This document shows positions 30,909 to 39,418 of a DNA stretch of 64,000 bases, in pieces. Under the pieces are notes generated by a model. That model had not been told where the DNA came from and did not search any database. It saw only the letters and a program-made list of their open reading frames with translations. Origin of the DNA: Candidatus Kapaibacterium sp. (GTDB taxonomy: Bacteria; Bacteroidota; Ignavibacteria; Kapaibacteriales; UBA2268); contig OY761611.1 in assembly GCA_963664875.1 (NCBI GenBank), positions 3,072,001-3,136,000 of the forward strand, in the 5' to 3' direction. The position numbers and the translations under genes were made by a program. Every line of letters starts with the position of its first letter. Position 1 is the stretch's first letter.

Positions 30909-31787
30909 TTATTTCCTATAAGCTTTGCTGTAAATTGCCTTACCTGATTTAGCTAATTCAATCATCTTGTCGAATAATTTCTGACCATCTGCAACAAAAA
31001 AAGGTTGATCTTTAAAAGTAAAATCCCGACAAATCTCATCAGGAACTAATCTAGCAAAATACAAAGGCAAATCAAAATCCATTTTAGACATATTATGAGC
31101 TAAGGTTTGCACGTTTAACTTCTGTCCATTATAATCTATGCAAGTTGAATCAAAAGGTTTTGGATAATATACCTTGTGTTGAAATTCTTCTGCAAAGTAA
31201 TCATCTATACAATGCACACAAGATAAGTAAGTAGTTTTGACACCAATCCCAATTATCTTTGTACCTTTTTCGATTGCTTTATAATAAGGACTACTTTTAC
31301 TGTATGGATATATGCTTTTATCATGATCGGCTGTTAGCCATTCAGAATCCTTTCCTAGTGCAGTAACAGATTTTGTAGGATGTAAACTGCGTTTCGCACC
31401 TTTACTTCTACGCAACAGCTCATTCAAAAAGCCGGTATAAGTAGGAGTTTTCTTTATATCAAATATTTGGTTAGACTTTAAAAATCTATACGATGTCAAT
31501 TTAGGATAAGTTGGCATAAGAATATTGCCCTGCTCACCAATCAAATCCTTTAAAATATTTATAAGCTTCATAGGTGAAAAATCTAAATTCAAATTATTGA
31601 CAGAACTATGCACAAATACTGTATCTCCAGGGTGTATTTGCATATTTGCTGTCAGTATTTCAATCATTTCTTCATAAGATATCTTATCTTTTAATAAAGT
31701 TTTTTCTCTTTCTAACTGTAACTTTTTTTTGACTTGTGTTTCTATGTATATATCGGGTACTATTTTTTTAATAAGCTCTTTTATCAT
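30909..31787 (-). CDS. AAC(3)/YokD-family N-acyltransferase
   Basis: VFVHSS, LMPTY, RSLHPTKSV..LG, SPY motifs. Confidence 0.8.
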   Translation of the reverse strand: MIKELIKKIVPDIYIETQVKKKLQLEREKTLLKDKISYEEMIEILTANMQIHPGDTVFVHSSVNNLNLDFSPMKLINILKDLIGEQGNILMPTYPKLTSYRFLKSNQIFDIKKTPTYTGFLNELLRRSKGAKRSLHPTKSVTALGKDSEWLTADHDKSIYPYSKSSPYYKAIEKGTKIIGIGVKTTYLSCVHCIDDYFAEEFQHKVYYPKPFDSTCIDYNGQKLNVQTLAHNMSKMDFDLPLYFARLVPDEICRDFTFKDQPFFVADGQKLFDKMIELAKSGKAIYSKAYRK

Positions 31788-31976
31788 AGTTTTTCTCTCA
31801 AGATTTACATCTATACAATATAACACTTGGATAGTTAATATACTCTAATAAAGTAAAATTTTTATGATGCAAATCTTCGAGAAGAGACCTGAAATTATCA
31901 TAATTAATTTGTAATATCAAAAAAATCAAGTATCTTGAAAATAAACAACATTCTATTTTCATGTGGAGATTATATA

Positions 31977-34916
31977 ATGAGGCGTATTTTATATCTATTA
32001 GCTGTTATATGCTCGATTAATATATATGCGAGTGATGATATAGTCATAGAATTGCAAAATAGCTTTTTGACTGCCGCTGACTCTGAAATAGTATTAAATT
32101 CTAAACTAAATGGTGAAAAGCCATTGAAATTTGAATACAAATACGCAAACATTGTATCGCCTAAAGTGATCGGCAAAAAGTATAATATGATGTTATATTG
32201 TAATAATATGAAGAAAGATATTCAAATATCTGAAAAACTCTTTTATCAAGATATATACGATAATATCGATTTAACAGTTTATAAGAAAGGTACTTCTATT
32301 AAGTATGACTTCATAGTTTATCCTCAAGGCAATCCCATGGATATTCAAATTGAAGTATCACAGTCTATAAAGCTTAAAGATGGTAAAATAGATTTTCTAA
32401 ATTATAATGGATTGTCTGAGCTTTCTCCTCATACATACCAGATTAAAGACGGTCGTAAGCACACTATAGATAGTCGATTTGAAGTAAAAAATAATACGAT
32501 TTCATTTTCAATTGGTAGCTATGATAAAAGTCTTCCTTTAGTTATAGATCCCGAAATTGTGTTCTCAAGTATTTTAGGTGGGAATTCATACGACTATGGC
32601 GGGCACCTTGCAAAAGATAGTAAAGGCAATATTTACCATGCTTTTCAAACAGAAGCAAGCTTTCTTTCCAATGACGATGCTATCAATAATAAGCAAAGTG
32701 GTAGAAATATTTGCATAATGAAGTATAATTCTAATATGGATGTACAGTGGGGAATGTATTTAGGGGGAGGAGGTACTAGCCACGTCATGGATATAAAATG
32801 TGATAGCGAAGATAATATATGGATAGGTGGTGAGACTAATAGCTCTGGTTATCCAACTACTGTTAATGCTGTTCGTAGTTATGTAGCAGGATATTTCGAT
32901 ATGGTACTAACTAAAATATCTCCTGATGGTGACATCCTGTATTCAACAATTTTCGGTGGTGGAGCATATGATGTTATTGCTGAAATAGATATTGATTCTA
33001 AAGACAATGTTTGGGCTACTGGGCGCTCTTCGGGTGGATTCTCAATTACATCCGGGGCTCAGCCTTTTTCAGGAGATTATGATGGCTTTATTTTTGGAGT
33101 CTCCGCAAAAGGTAATTTGCTTCTATCTACTTTTATTGGTACTTCCGATAGTGATATTGCTGAAGGAATTGCAGTAGATTCGGAAGATTATATTTATGTA
33201 TCAGGACATACCTTTTCTTCGTATTTTCCTACCTTCGGTAAAAATTCAATGCACTATTCAGGAAACAGAGATGCATTTTTATTAAAATATCATCCTGAAA
33301 AGGGCTTAATATGGTCAACTTACTTCGGAGGAGAGGCTTCAGACTGGGGCTCCAATCTTGAAATAGATGATTTTGATAATATTTATTTATCAGGCTATAC
33401 CAGTAGTTATAACCTACCTAACAGTATTAACTACATTCAAAACGGTAACTCGGGCAACATGGATATGTATTTATCTAAATTTAATACAGATGGCAAAAAT
33501 ATTTGGAGCACATTTTATGGTGGTGCATTCGAAGAGGGATATAATACGACAAATGATATGTACGGTGGTATTGATATAGATGCCAATGGTGATATCGTTT
33601 GGGGCGGACGTACTAAAAGCTCAAACATTCCTATGTTTGGTAGTGGAGGAAAACATCAATTTTCAGGGAACCAAGACGGGGTGGTAATTCTATTAGATAG
33701 CGATGGAAATCCTATATGGTCTAGTTTTATTGGTGGTAGCGGATACGAAGAAAACATAGACGTACTGTTTGATTCCCAAGGGAATATTTTATGTACGGGT
33801 AGTACTCAATCCTCAAATTTCCCTGTAACAGATAATCCATACAACAAAAGGTTTTCTTCTTCTGATGCATATATTATTAGATTTGGTGGGCGAATCAGTT
33901 CTTGTCACCAATCCGAATTTGAAATGGGGATTGAACCTGCCTCTTCTTTTGTGCTAAATGATCAGGCTAGTTACTTGAATGATACGCTTTTTATGCACAC
34001 TCAAAATTCTTATGCTAAGGGTTCTGTATGGTATCATAAATTATTGCCGGTGGATGTCGGATTTACTACCGAATTCAAATTTAGAATAACCCGTAATGAT
34101 GATTTTCAACATTTTAGCGAAGATAATGTTAAAACCGAAGGCGGGCTTGCCTTTGTTATTCAGAATGCTGCTACTAATGCCATTGGTGCAACTGCACAGG
34201 GCCTTGGCTATGATGGCATTCCCGAAGGTATCGCTATCGAATTTGATACTTATAAAGATGACGAAAATTCTTCTGAGGATATGAATGACCCGTCTAAGGG
34301 GCATATCTCTGTCATGGGTATGCTGAATGGTGCGATTTCAGCTAATCATGATGCCCAAAAAACTTTCGCCAATGTCGAACTGAAAGATGACAGCACTGTC
34401 TATCAGTGCAAAATCAAATACGACGGCAAATCTCAAAAACTTAGGATATTGTTCGCTGAAGCCGGAAAGACTTTAGAAGAAGTGATTCAGTTGAACATTG
34501 ATTTGACTTATTCTATTGATTTGAAAAATAATATGGGGGCTTATTTGGGTTTCACTGCTGCTAACGGCAATGCCCTGCAGACTCATGATATATTTGACTG
34601 GAAAGTTTGTCCTGACCCATTGAGCACTGAAACAAGTTATGGAGATTATGCAGGCAGTGATGCAAATGTTTTTGTATTCCCTAACCCGACTCATGACAAT
34701 ATAACAATCCATTACGCACCTGAAAAACTAAGCTATACTAACATCAATCTCTACGACCTGATCGGTAAAAAAATAAGTATGCTTTACAGCGGATTGGACG
34801 AAGCAGGAGAGCAAACTATAAGTATGCCTCTGCCTGATAATCTGGCTACAGGTGTCTATATCATTGAAGTTGATTATGGCTACCGAAAAGAATCTGTAAA
34901 AGTGATTGTTGAGTAA
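31977..34916 (+). CDS. Secreted SBBP beta-propeller repeat protein with legume-lectin-like domain and T9SS CTD
   Basis: YDKSLPLVIDP, repeated W/YSTYFGG-xD..D motifs, GLAFVIQ..GLGYDG..IAIEFDTY, FPNP..GVYII CTD. Confidence 0.82.
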   Translation: MRRILYLLAVICSINIYASDDIVIELQNSFLTAADSEIVLNSKLNGEKPLKFEYKYANIVSPKVIGKKYNMMLYCNNMKKDIQISEKLFYQDIYDNIDLTVYKKGTSIKYDFIVYPQGNPMDIQIEVSQSIKLKDGKIDFLNYNGLSELSPHTYQIKDGRKHTIDSRFEVKNNTISFSIGSYDKSLPLVIDPEIVFSSILGGNSYDYGGHLAKDSKGNIYHAFQTEASFLSNDDAINNKQSGRNICIMKYNSNMDVQWGMYLGGGGTSHVMDIKCDSEDNIWIGGETNSSGYPTTVNAVRSYVAGYFDMVLTKISPDGDILYSTIFGGGAYDVIAEIDIDSKDNVWATGRSSGGFSITSGAQPFSGDYDGFIFGVSAKGNLLLSTFIGTSDSDIAEGIAVDSEDYIYVSGHTFSSYFPTFGKNSMHYSGNRDAFLLKYHPEKGLIWSTYFGGEASDWGSNLEIDDFDNIYLSGYTSSYNLPNSINYIQNGNSGNMDMYLSKFNTDGKNIWSTFYGGAFEEGYNTTNDMYGGIDIDANGDIVWGGRTKSSNIPMFGSGGKHQFSGNQDGVVILLDSDGNPIWSSFIGGSGYEENIDVLFDSQGNILCTGSTQSSNFPVTDNPYNKRFSSSDAYIIRFGGRISSCHQSEFEMGIEPASSFVLNDQASYLNDTLFMHTQNSYAKGSVWYHKLLPVDVGFTTEFKFRITRNDDFQHFSEDNVKTEGGLAFVIQNAATNAIGATAQGLGYDGIPEGIAIEFDTYKDDENSSEDMNDPSKGHISVMGMLNGAISANHDAQKTFANVELKDDSTVYQCKIKYDGKSQKLRILFAEAGKTLEEVIQLNIDLTYSIDLKNNMGAYLGFTAANGNALQTHDIFDWKVCPDPLSTETSYGDYAGSDANVFVFPNPTHDNITIHYAPEKLSYTNINLYDLIGKKISMLYSGLDEAGEQTISMPLPDNLATGVYIIEVDYGYRKESVKVIVE

Positions 34917-34950
34917 AAGTATAAATTTTGCAGAGATTTGTATATATTAG

Positions 34951-34996
34951 GACTCGCCGCATAAGTTCACACTTCATATGGCGAGTCTTTTTATTT
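34951..34996 (+). terminator. Terminator between convergent T9SS genes
   Basis: gactcgcc/ggcgagtc stem plus T run. Confidence 0.6.
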
Positions 34997-35055
34997 AGCT
35001 CAAAAACAATAGAATCAATATCCGCAAAGCGGCATTTGCCTCTGCCTGATAATGA

Positions 35056-36153
35056 TTACCTCACCACCACAAACTTTTCTCTATAGTTTCCTATTTGAAT
35101 AAAATACAAGCCGGTCGGAAAATGTGACACATCAATCCGCACAGCACTGTCGTAATTCACAATCGAAGTTTCGTAATTGATTACTTCTTCGCCGAAATTG
35201 TCATATATTCTTATTAGATCGGATTCTGCAGCCGTAGGGTTAACCCTATGGTTGGTATAGTTGCGATAGCCTTCTATTTCCACATACTCTGTCGCAGGAT
35301 TCGGAGCTATGCTCAGTCTGTGTTCAATATTTTCTTCCACGCTTGTGATGCCTTCCCAGCCTGCGATGCGAGCCATCATCCACCAGAAAGCTTTGCCTTT
35401 TTGCTGGCAGTTGATACATTTGGAGTGGGCACAGCTGCAGTCCTCACATTCGCCCGGATTAGCTGCACACCATTCGTCCGCCCAGTTGCCACCGTCATAG
35501 TTACAGCCGTCATCGGCATATTTATCAAGGAAATAATTGCCGTCGGGGTCGTAGCTTTCGATATCTGCAAAGTCGAATAGAATTTTGTTATTTTCGCGGC
35601 AGTAGCTTCTGATTTGCTCATTTCTTTGGTTGACATTGCCCTCTTCGCCTGTGCCGTTGAGGTGTCCGGTCATGTACACAAAAGTTATATCGGGGAACTC
35701 TTGCTCTAACTGCGTCATCAGCGAGAGGTAAGTTTCTATGTCAGTAGAGCTGCCGTCCACCTGACCGCACCATGACCACATAACTAAATTGATATTTTTT
35801 GTATTGTTTGTAAGCATATTGCGAGTGCGGGTAGCCCATGTTTGTCTGTCGGGGTTGCCGAGATCGCCGGCAAGCAGTGAGGCATCGTTCAGATAGAGCG
35901 AAGATTCGCCGTCGTTGTAAGTATAAATGGAATTAGGCAGCGATTCCAGAATATTCATACCGGAAACAATCTGGCTGCCGTGCGAAGTATGCCCGTAAGC
36001 AATGCGGAAGCTCGATTTTGCAGTCAGCACCCAAGTGTCAGGCACCTGACTCAAATCGGTGCAGGCATGGTCAATTATAATCGGCTTATCCAAGCCAAAA
36101 GACTTGAGCGACAACAGCGAAAAGACCAAAAGCAGTAACAAACTTTTTCTCAT
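35056..36153 (-). CDS. Secreted Cys-rich protein, possible SGNH-like hydrolase, with T9SS CTD
   Basis: Signal peptide; YGHTSHGSQ, MWSWCGQ, DFADIES, CAHS; APNP..GLYFIQIG..KFVVVR CTD. Confidence 0.65.
   Translation of the reverse strand: MRKSLLLLLVFSLLSLKSFGLDKPIIIDHACTDLSQVPDTWVLTAKSSFRIAYGHTSHGSQIVSGMNILESLPNSIYTYNDGESSLYLNDASLLAGDLGNPDRQTWATRTRNMLTNNTKNINLVMWSWCGQVDGSSTDIETYLSLMTQLEQEFPDITFVYMTGHLNGTGEEGNVNQRNEQIRSYCRENNKILFDFADIESYDPDGNYFLDKYADDGCNYDGGNWADEWCAANPGECEDCSCAHSKCINCQQKGKAFWWMMARIAGWEGITSVEENIEHRLSIAPNPATEYVEIEGYRNYTNHRVNPTAAESDLIRIYDNFGEEVINYETSIVNYDSAVRIDVSHFPTGLYFIQIGNYREKFVVVR
35230..35253. repeat. 24-nt palindrome (REP-like) inside the T9SS CTD coding sequence
   Basis: agccgtagggttaaccctatggtt: perfect core TAGGGTTAACCCTA, arms extend with G-T pairs; encodes NHRVNPTA. 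Confidence 0.6.
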
Positions 36154-36385
36154 CCGAACCCCCAAACTTTTATAATCGAACAAAGCAATTAGCCGAATAT
36201 ATAAAATTTTATTTTAATAAATGGGGGGGGATTATTTGTTGGTGTTGTGATGTAGTTGTTCGTTTTTGGGAATTGTTATAGGTCAAAAATTCTACAGAGT
36301 AATAAACACATTTAGCATCATTATCTTTTAAAAAATTATTCTGTATCTTTTGGGATTTCCCATCTATTAGCCACAAATCTCCAAA

Positions 36386-37270
36386 TTAATTATTTTCCTC
36401 GAAGAAATCATTATCCAGCTCTTTTACCTCATAAATAGCCTTAACCTGAATACCAACATTATATTGATGCAAAAGATCTACCAATTTTAAACCATCAATT
36501 AAGATTATTGTATGATGAGCATCGTGAGCCTTTTTAATTGCTCCTGTATCAAAGGATGAGGTGGTAACGAAAACACCTTTTTGAGTATCTCCACTCATAG
36601 CTCCGATAAAATTACGAATGTCCTTTTCACGTACCTTATTTTCTCCATATCGCTTAGCTTGAATGTAAATTTTATCCAATCCAAGTTTATCTTCATTAAT
36701 TATTCCATCAATTCCACCATCTCCAGTTTTCGCTGTTTCAACAAAATCTCCGTATCCCATTTTTTTGAGGAGAATAAGAATAACTTTCTCAAAATAGAAT
36801 GGATCAATTTCCTTTAGTTTTTCTAATAATTCATCTTTTACCTGAATGTCAATTTGATTAAAACCTTCGTCAATCAGGTCTTGTGGTGATGCGTTCTTAA
36901 TTATAGAAGGAGTCGATTCTTTTTGGGAGTTTTCCTCATTGTAGAATTCAAGGTAATTATCAGAGCTTTCAACTTGTTTTAAAGTCAAGTCTGATGTTGT
37001 TTGAGTTTTTCCTTTTTCTGTTATTCTTACAAATCCTCTTTTAGGGAATTCAATATATCCTCCCTTTTTTAAGTAAGACTTCCCCCAAGCAATCCTGTTA
37101 ATTATTAAAAGGTCACCACTTTTTGTTTTTTCTTCCAATTGCTCTTTTGAAAGTTCCGTATAGAATTGAGCGATTACTTTTTTATACAATTCTCTTGCTT
37201 GGAGAGTTTCTCCATTTTCTAACACTTTCAAAATTGGAATGAAAGTCTCATGAAATTTTGGCATTTCCAT
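36386..37270 (-). CDS. mrr: Mrr-family (type IV) restriction endonuclease
   Basis: N-terminal wHTH (RIAWGKSYLKKGG), FEKVI..LLKKMGY, GDGGIDG, YIQAKRY, LIDG. Confidence 0.9.
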   Translation of the reverse strand: MEMPKFHETFIPILKVLENGETLQARELYKKVIAQFYTELSKEQLEEKTKSGDLLIINRIAWGKSYLKKGGYIEFPKRGFVRITEKGKTQTTSDLTLKQVESSDNYLEFYNEENSQKESTPSIIKNASPQDLIDEGFNQIDIQVKDELLEKLKEIDPFYFEKVILILLKKMGYGDFVETAKTGDGGIDGIINEDKLGLDKIYIQAKRYGENKVREKDIRNFIGAMSGDTQKGVFVTTSSFDTGAIKKAHDAHHTIILIDGLKLVDLLHQYNVGIQVKAIYEVKELDNDFFEENN

Positions 37271-37440
37271 AATTTATCTTGTCCTTTGTGTTCGTCCTAA
37301 TTAAGCATCTAACTCGTTTCTATACGAAACGCTCAATTACACAAGCAAATATAGAAAAGAATAATTTAATTTTAAGTTGAAAATTCGTACAACATGTTAA
37401 AAAATATGAGATAGCTTAAAAACCAACACTTTCTCCTCCA

Positions 37441-37488
37441 AATAAAAAACTACTCAGCCATCAACTCTATCTCATAGCCGGATTTGCC
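37441..37488. repeat. 48-bp direct repeat, copy 1 (duplicate of the Trx-NHL gene 3' end)
   Basis: aataaaaaactactcagccatcaactctatctcatagccggatttgcc identical to 39371-39418. Confidence 0.95.
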
Positions 37489-38743
37489 TGGTTTCCAAAT
37501 TGCTATCAAATTGAATTTCAGCTCTAATCTTGTCGGACAAAACTTCATTGTCAATCAGAATATTAACTATAACGTTTCGATGGATTCCACAAGTCATTTT
37601 GTTGTATAAAATTTCGAGTGGTTCTTGGCATTCCTTTGTCTTATTTGCTGTGTAAATATTGGAATAGATACCTGCCAATGCTTCAACTTTGTCTTCATTG
37701 TTGGTTTGAGTTGCAATTTGACTCAATATTTGATCATCTCCGCTTTCGTAATTTGAAGTCAAGATTTCTAAATAATCAATTGGATTTTTTGAGGTCTGAA
37801 TTTTACTTATAGCAAACTCTCTAATCTCTTTACTCTGTAAATGTTGTAATGAGCTAATTGCGTATTCAACTATTCGATTTCTATTTGTCGGCTTTTGTTT
37901 TGCAAAGTCTAAAATTATTCTGCTGTCAAACGGAAACTTATACAAATCAAAAACATGTAAAAGGTTTTCTATATTGGATTTGTCTCTTTCTATTAGCAAT
38001 TGCTTAGCTAATTGATTGATTTCTTTTTCGCTCAGATTTCTTATTGAGAAAAAGAGATTTTTACCATTCAAAACTTCGTCAACAATGTCCCTGTATTTTT
38101 TGTTCTTAGGTTGATGCTTTTTTTGAATTGACTTTGTTTGTTTGATATTTTCCAGATAGATCCGGATATGTTTGTTTACTTTAGCAAGGTTTTCAAGAGT
38201 GTCCATTACTTTCAAAGCAGGATGAGCTTCCTGGAAATGCCTGATAATATTGTCATCTTGATGATTAGTAGGATTTATTTCAATATACTTTCCAAACTTT
38301 TCAGCAATAAAAATAAGTCCCTCAAGACCATCAAGCTCCAATATCTCGTAATAGCCCAACCAATCTGAGCCTTCTATAGGATTAAAACAGAATCTGTCGT
38401 ATATAGCTTGTCTCATTTCATTATCGCCTTTTTGGGCAAATATCTTCGCAATCGCAAATAAATGAGTCAGACTCCAAGTATCTTTTTGTTCGTTTGCAAG
38501 ACCTTGGAGTATAGATTTTCTGATTTTATCTTTTTTATCAGAAAGTAAATATAAATCGAAGATATATTGAGCCCTATTTGATTCAATTTGCCCGTCGTAA
38601 GCATAATTTTTCAAAGCTCCTTTGATAATATAGGTAGAAAAATCGATTCCCGTATTTTTCTTAGCTATCAAATATGCTTCTCCTGTTCCACGTTTTAATG
38701 AGTCAAAAAAACGTTTCTTTATATCTGTTCTTGTTATTATTAT
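37472..38743 (-). CDS. Hypothetical helical protein; its last codons come from the duplicated repeat
   Basis: Frame is open upstream of the TTG at 38671 to ATA codons behind GGAGG; ends ETRQIRL* inside the 48-bp repeat. Confidence 0.65.
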   Translation of the reverse strand: MIITRTDIKKRFFDSLKRGTGEAYLIAKKNTGIDFSTYIIKGALKNYAYDGQIESNRAQYIFDLYLLSDKKDKIRKSILQGLANEQKDTWSLTHLFAIAKIFAQKGDNEMRQAIYDRFCFNPIEGSDWLGYYEILELDGLEGLIFIAEKFGKYIEINPTNHQDDNIIRHFQEAHPALKVMDTLENLAKVNKHIRIYLENIKQTKSIQKKHQPKNKKYRDIVDEVLNGKNLFFSIRNLSEKEINQLAKQLLIERDKSNIENLLHVFDLYKFPFDSRIILDFAKQKPTNRNRIVEYAISSLQHLQSKEIREFAISKIQTSKNPIDYLEILTSNYESGDDQILSQIATQTNNEDKVEALAGIYSNIYTANKTKECQEPLEILYNKMTCGIHRNVIVNILIDNEVLSDKIRAEIQFDSNLETRQIRL

Positions 38744-38764
38744 GTCCTCCTAAGCAATATGTAT

Positions 38765-39271
38765 TTAGCTATACTTTTTCTCTGCTCTAAACCATTTTGC
38801 AATAAGATCATATTTTGTAAATAGAAACAAACCTAGTAATATATTAACTCCGCTTACTGCCCATTGGAAATATTGCTTAGATGTGTATTCATAACCAACA
38901 ACTTCAGATTTATAAGAGAAAAGAGCATGGCTAATAAAATTTGGAATATTGTTCAAAATTAGAAATCCACCTATTATAAAAGATCCAATTTTAACAATAT
39001 CACTTGGTTTTATATTCCCAAAATCAATTCTATCATCATCAAATCCCTTATCAAGTTTCAAAAGTTGGACAACTTTGTCTGCCTTAGATAACAAAATAAC
39101 TGTAATTCCTATAGCTATACCTGAACCAAAAATTGACCATAATATAGCAGCAATGCCAAAGTCTAGACTTATGCTTGACAGGCTATTAGGTATCACAGAA
39201 AATAATGTAGTTATAATCGAATAAAGTCCAAATACTTTAATTAGCAGAATGAAAAAGTCTCTTTTTGTCAT
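38765..39271 (-). CDS. Hypothetical 4-TM membrane protein
   Basis: Hydrophobic segments; LKLDKGFDDDRIDFG loop; own TAnnTTTG promoter upstream. Confidence 0.7.
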   Translation of the reverse strand: MTKRDFFILLIKVFGLYSIITTLFSVIPNSLSSISLDFGIAAILWSIFGSGIAIGITVILLSKADKVVQLLKLDKGFDDDRIDFGNIKPSDIVKIGSFIIGGFLILNNIPNFISHALFSYKSEVVGYEYTSKQYFQWAVSGVNILLGLFLFTKYDLIAKWFRAEKKYS

Positions 39272-39370
39272 GGGTTTTGTCTTTTATTGTTACACAAAAA
39301 TCCGTCTGCTTTGTGAAAAACAAACGGATGACAAAAATACTAAAAAATTTCAATATTGCAAGTTGTTAAT

Positions 39371-39418
39371 AATAAAAAACTACTCAGCCATCAACTCTAT
39401 CTCATAGCCGGATTTGCC
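39371..39418. repeat. 48-bp direct repeat, copy 2 (functional 3' end of the Trx-NHL gene)
   Basis: Identical to 37441-37488; encodes GKSGYEIELMAE*. Confidence 0.95.

Noticed and set aside
30909-31787. Aminoglycoside resistance gene
   Set aside because: AAC(3) fold only; the KAS III/ACP/SDR context points to biosynthesis and there is no mobile context.
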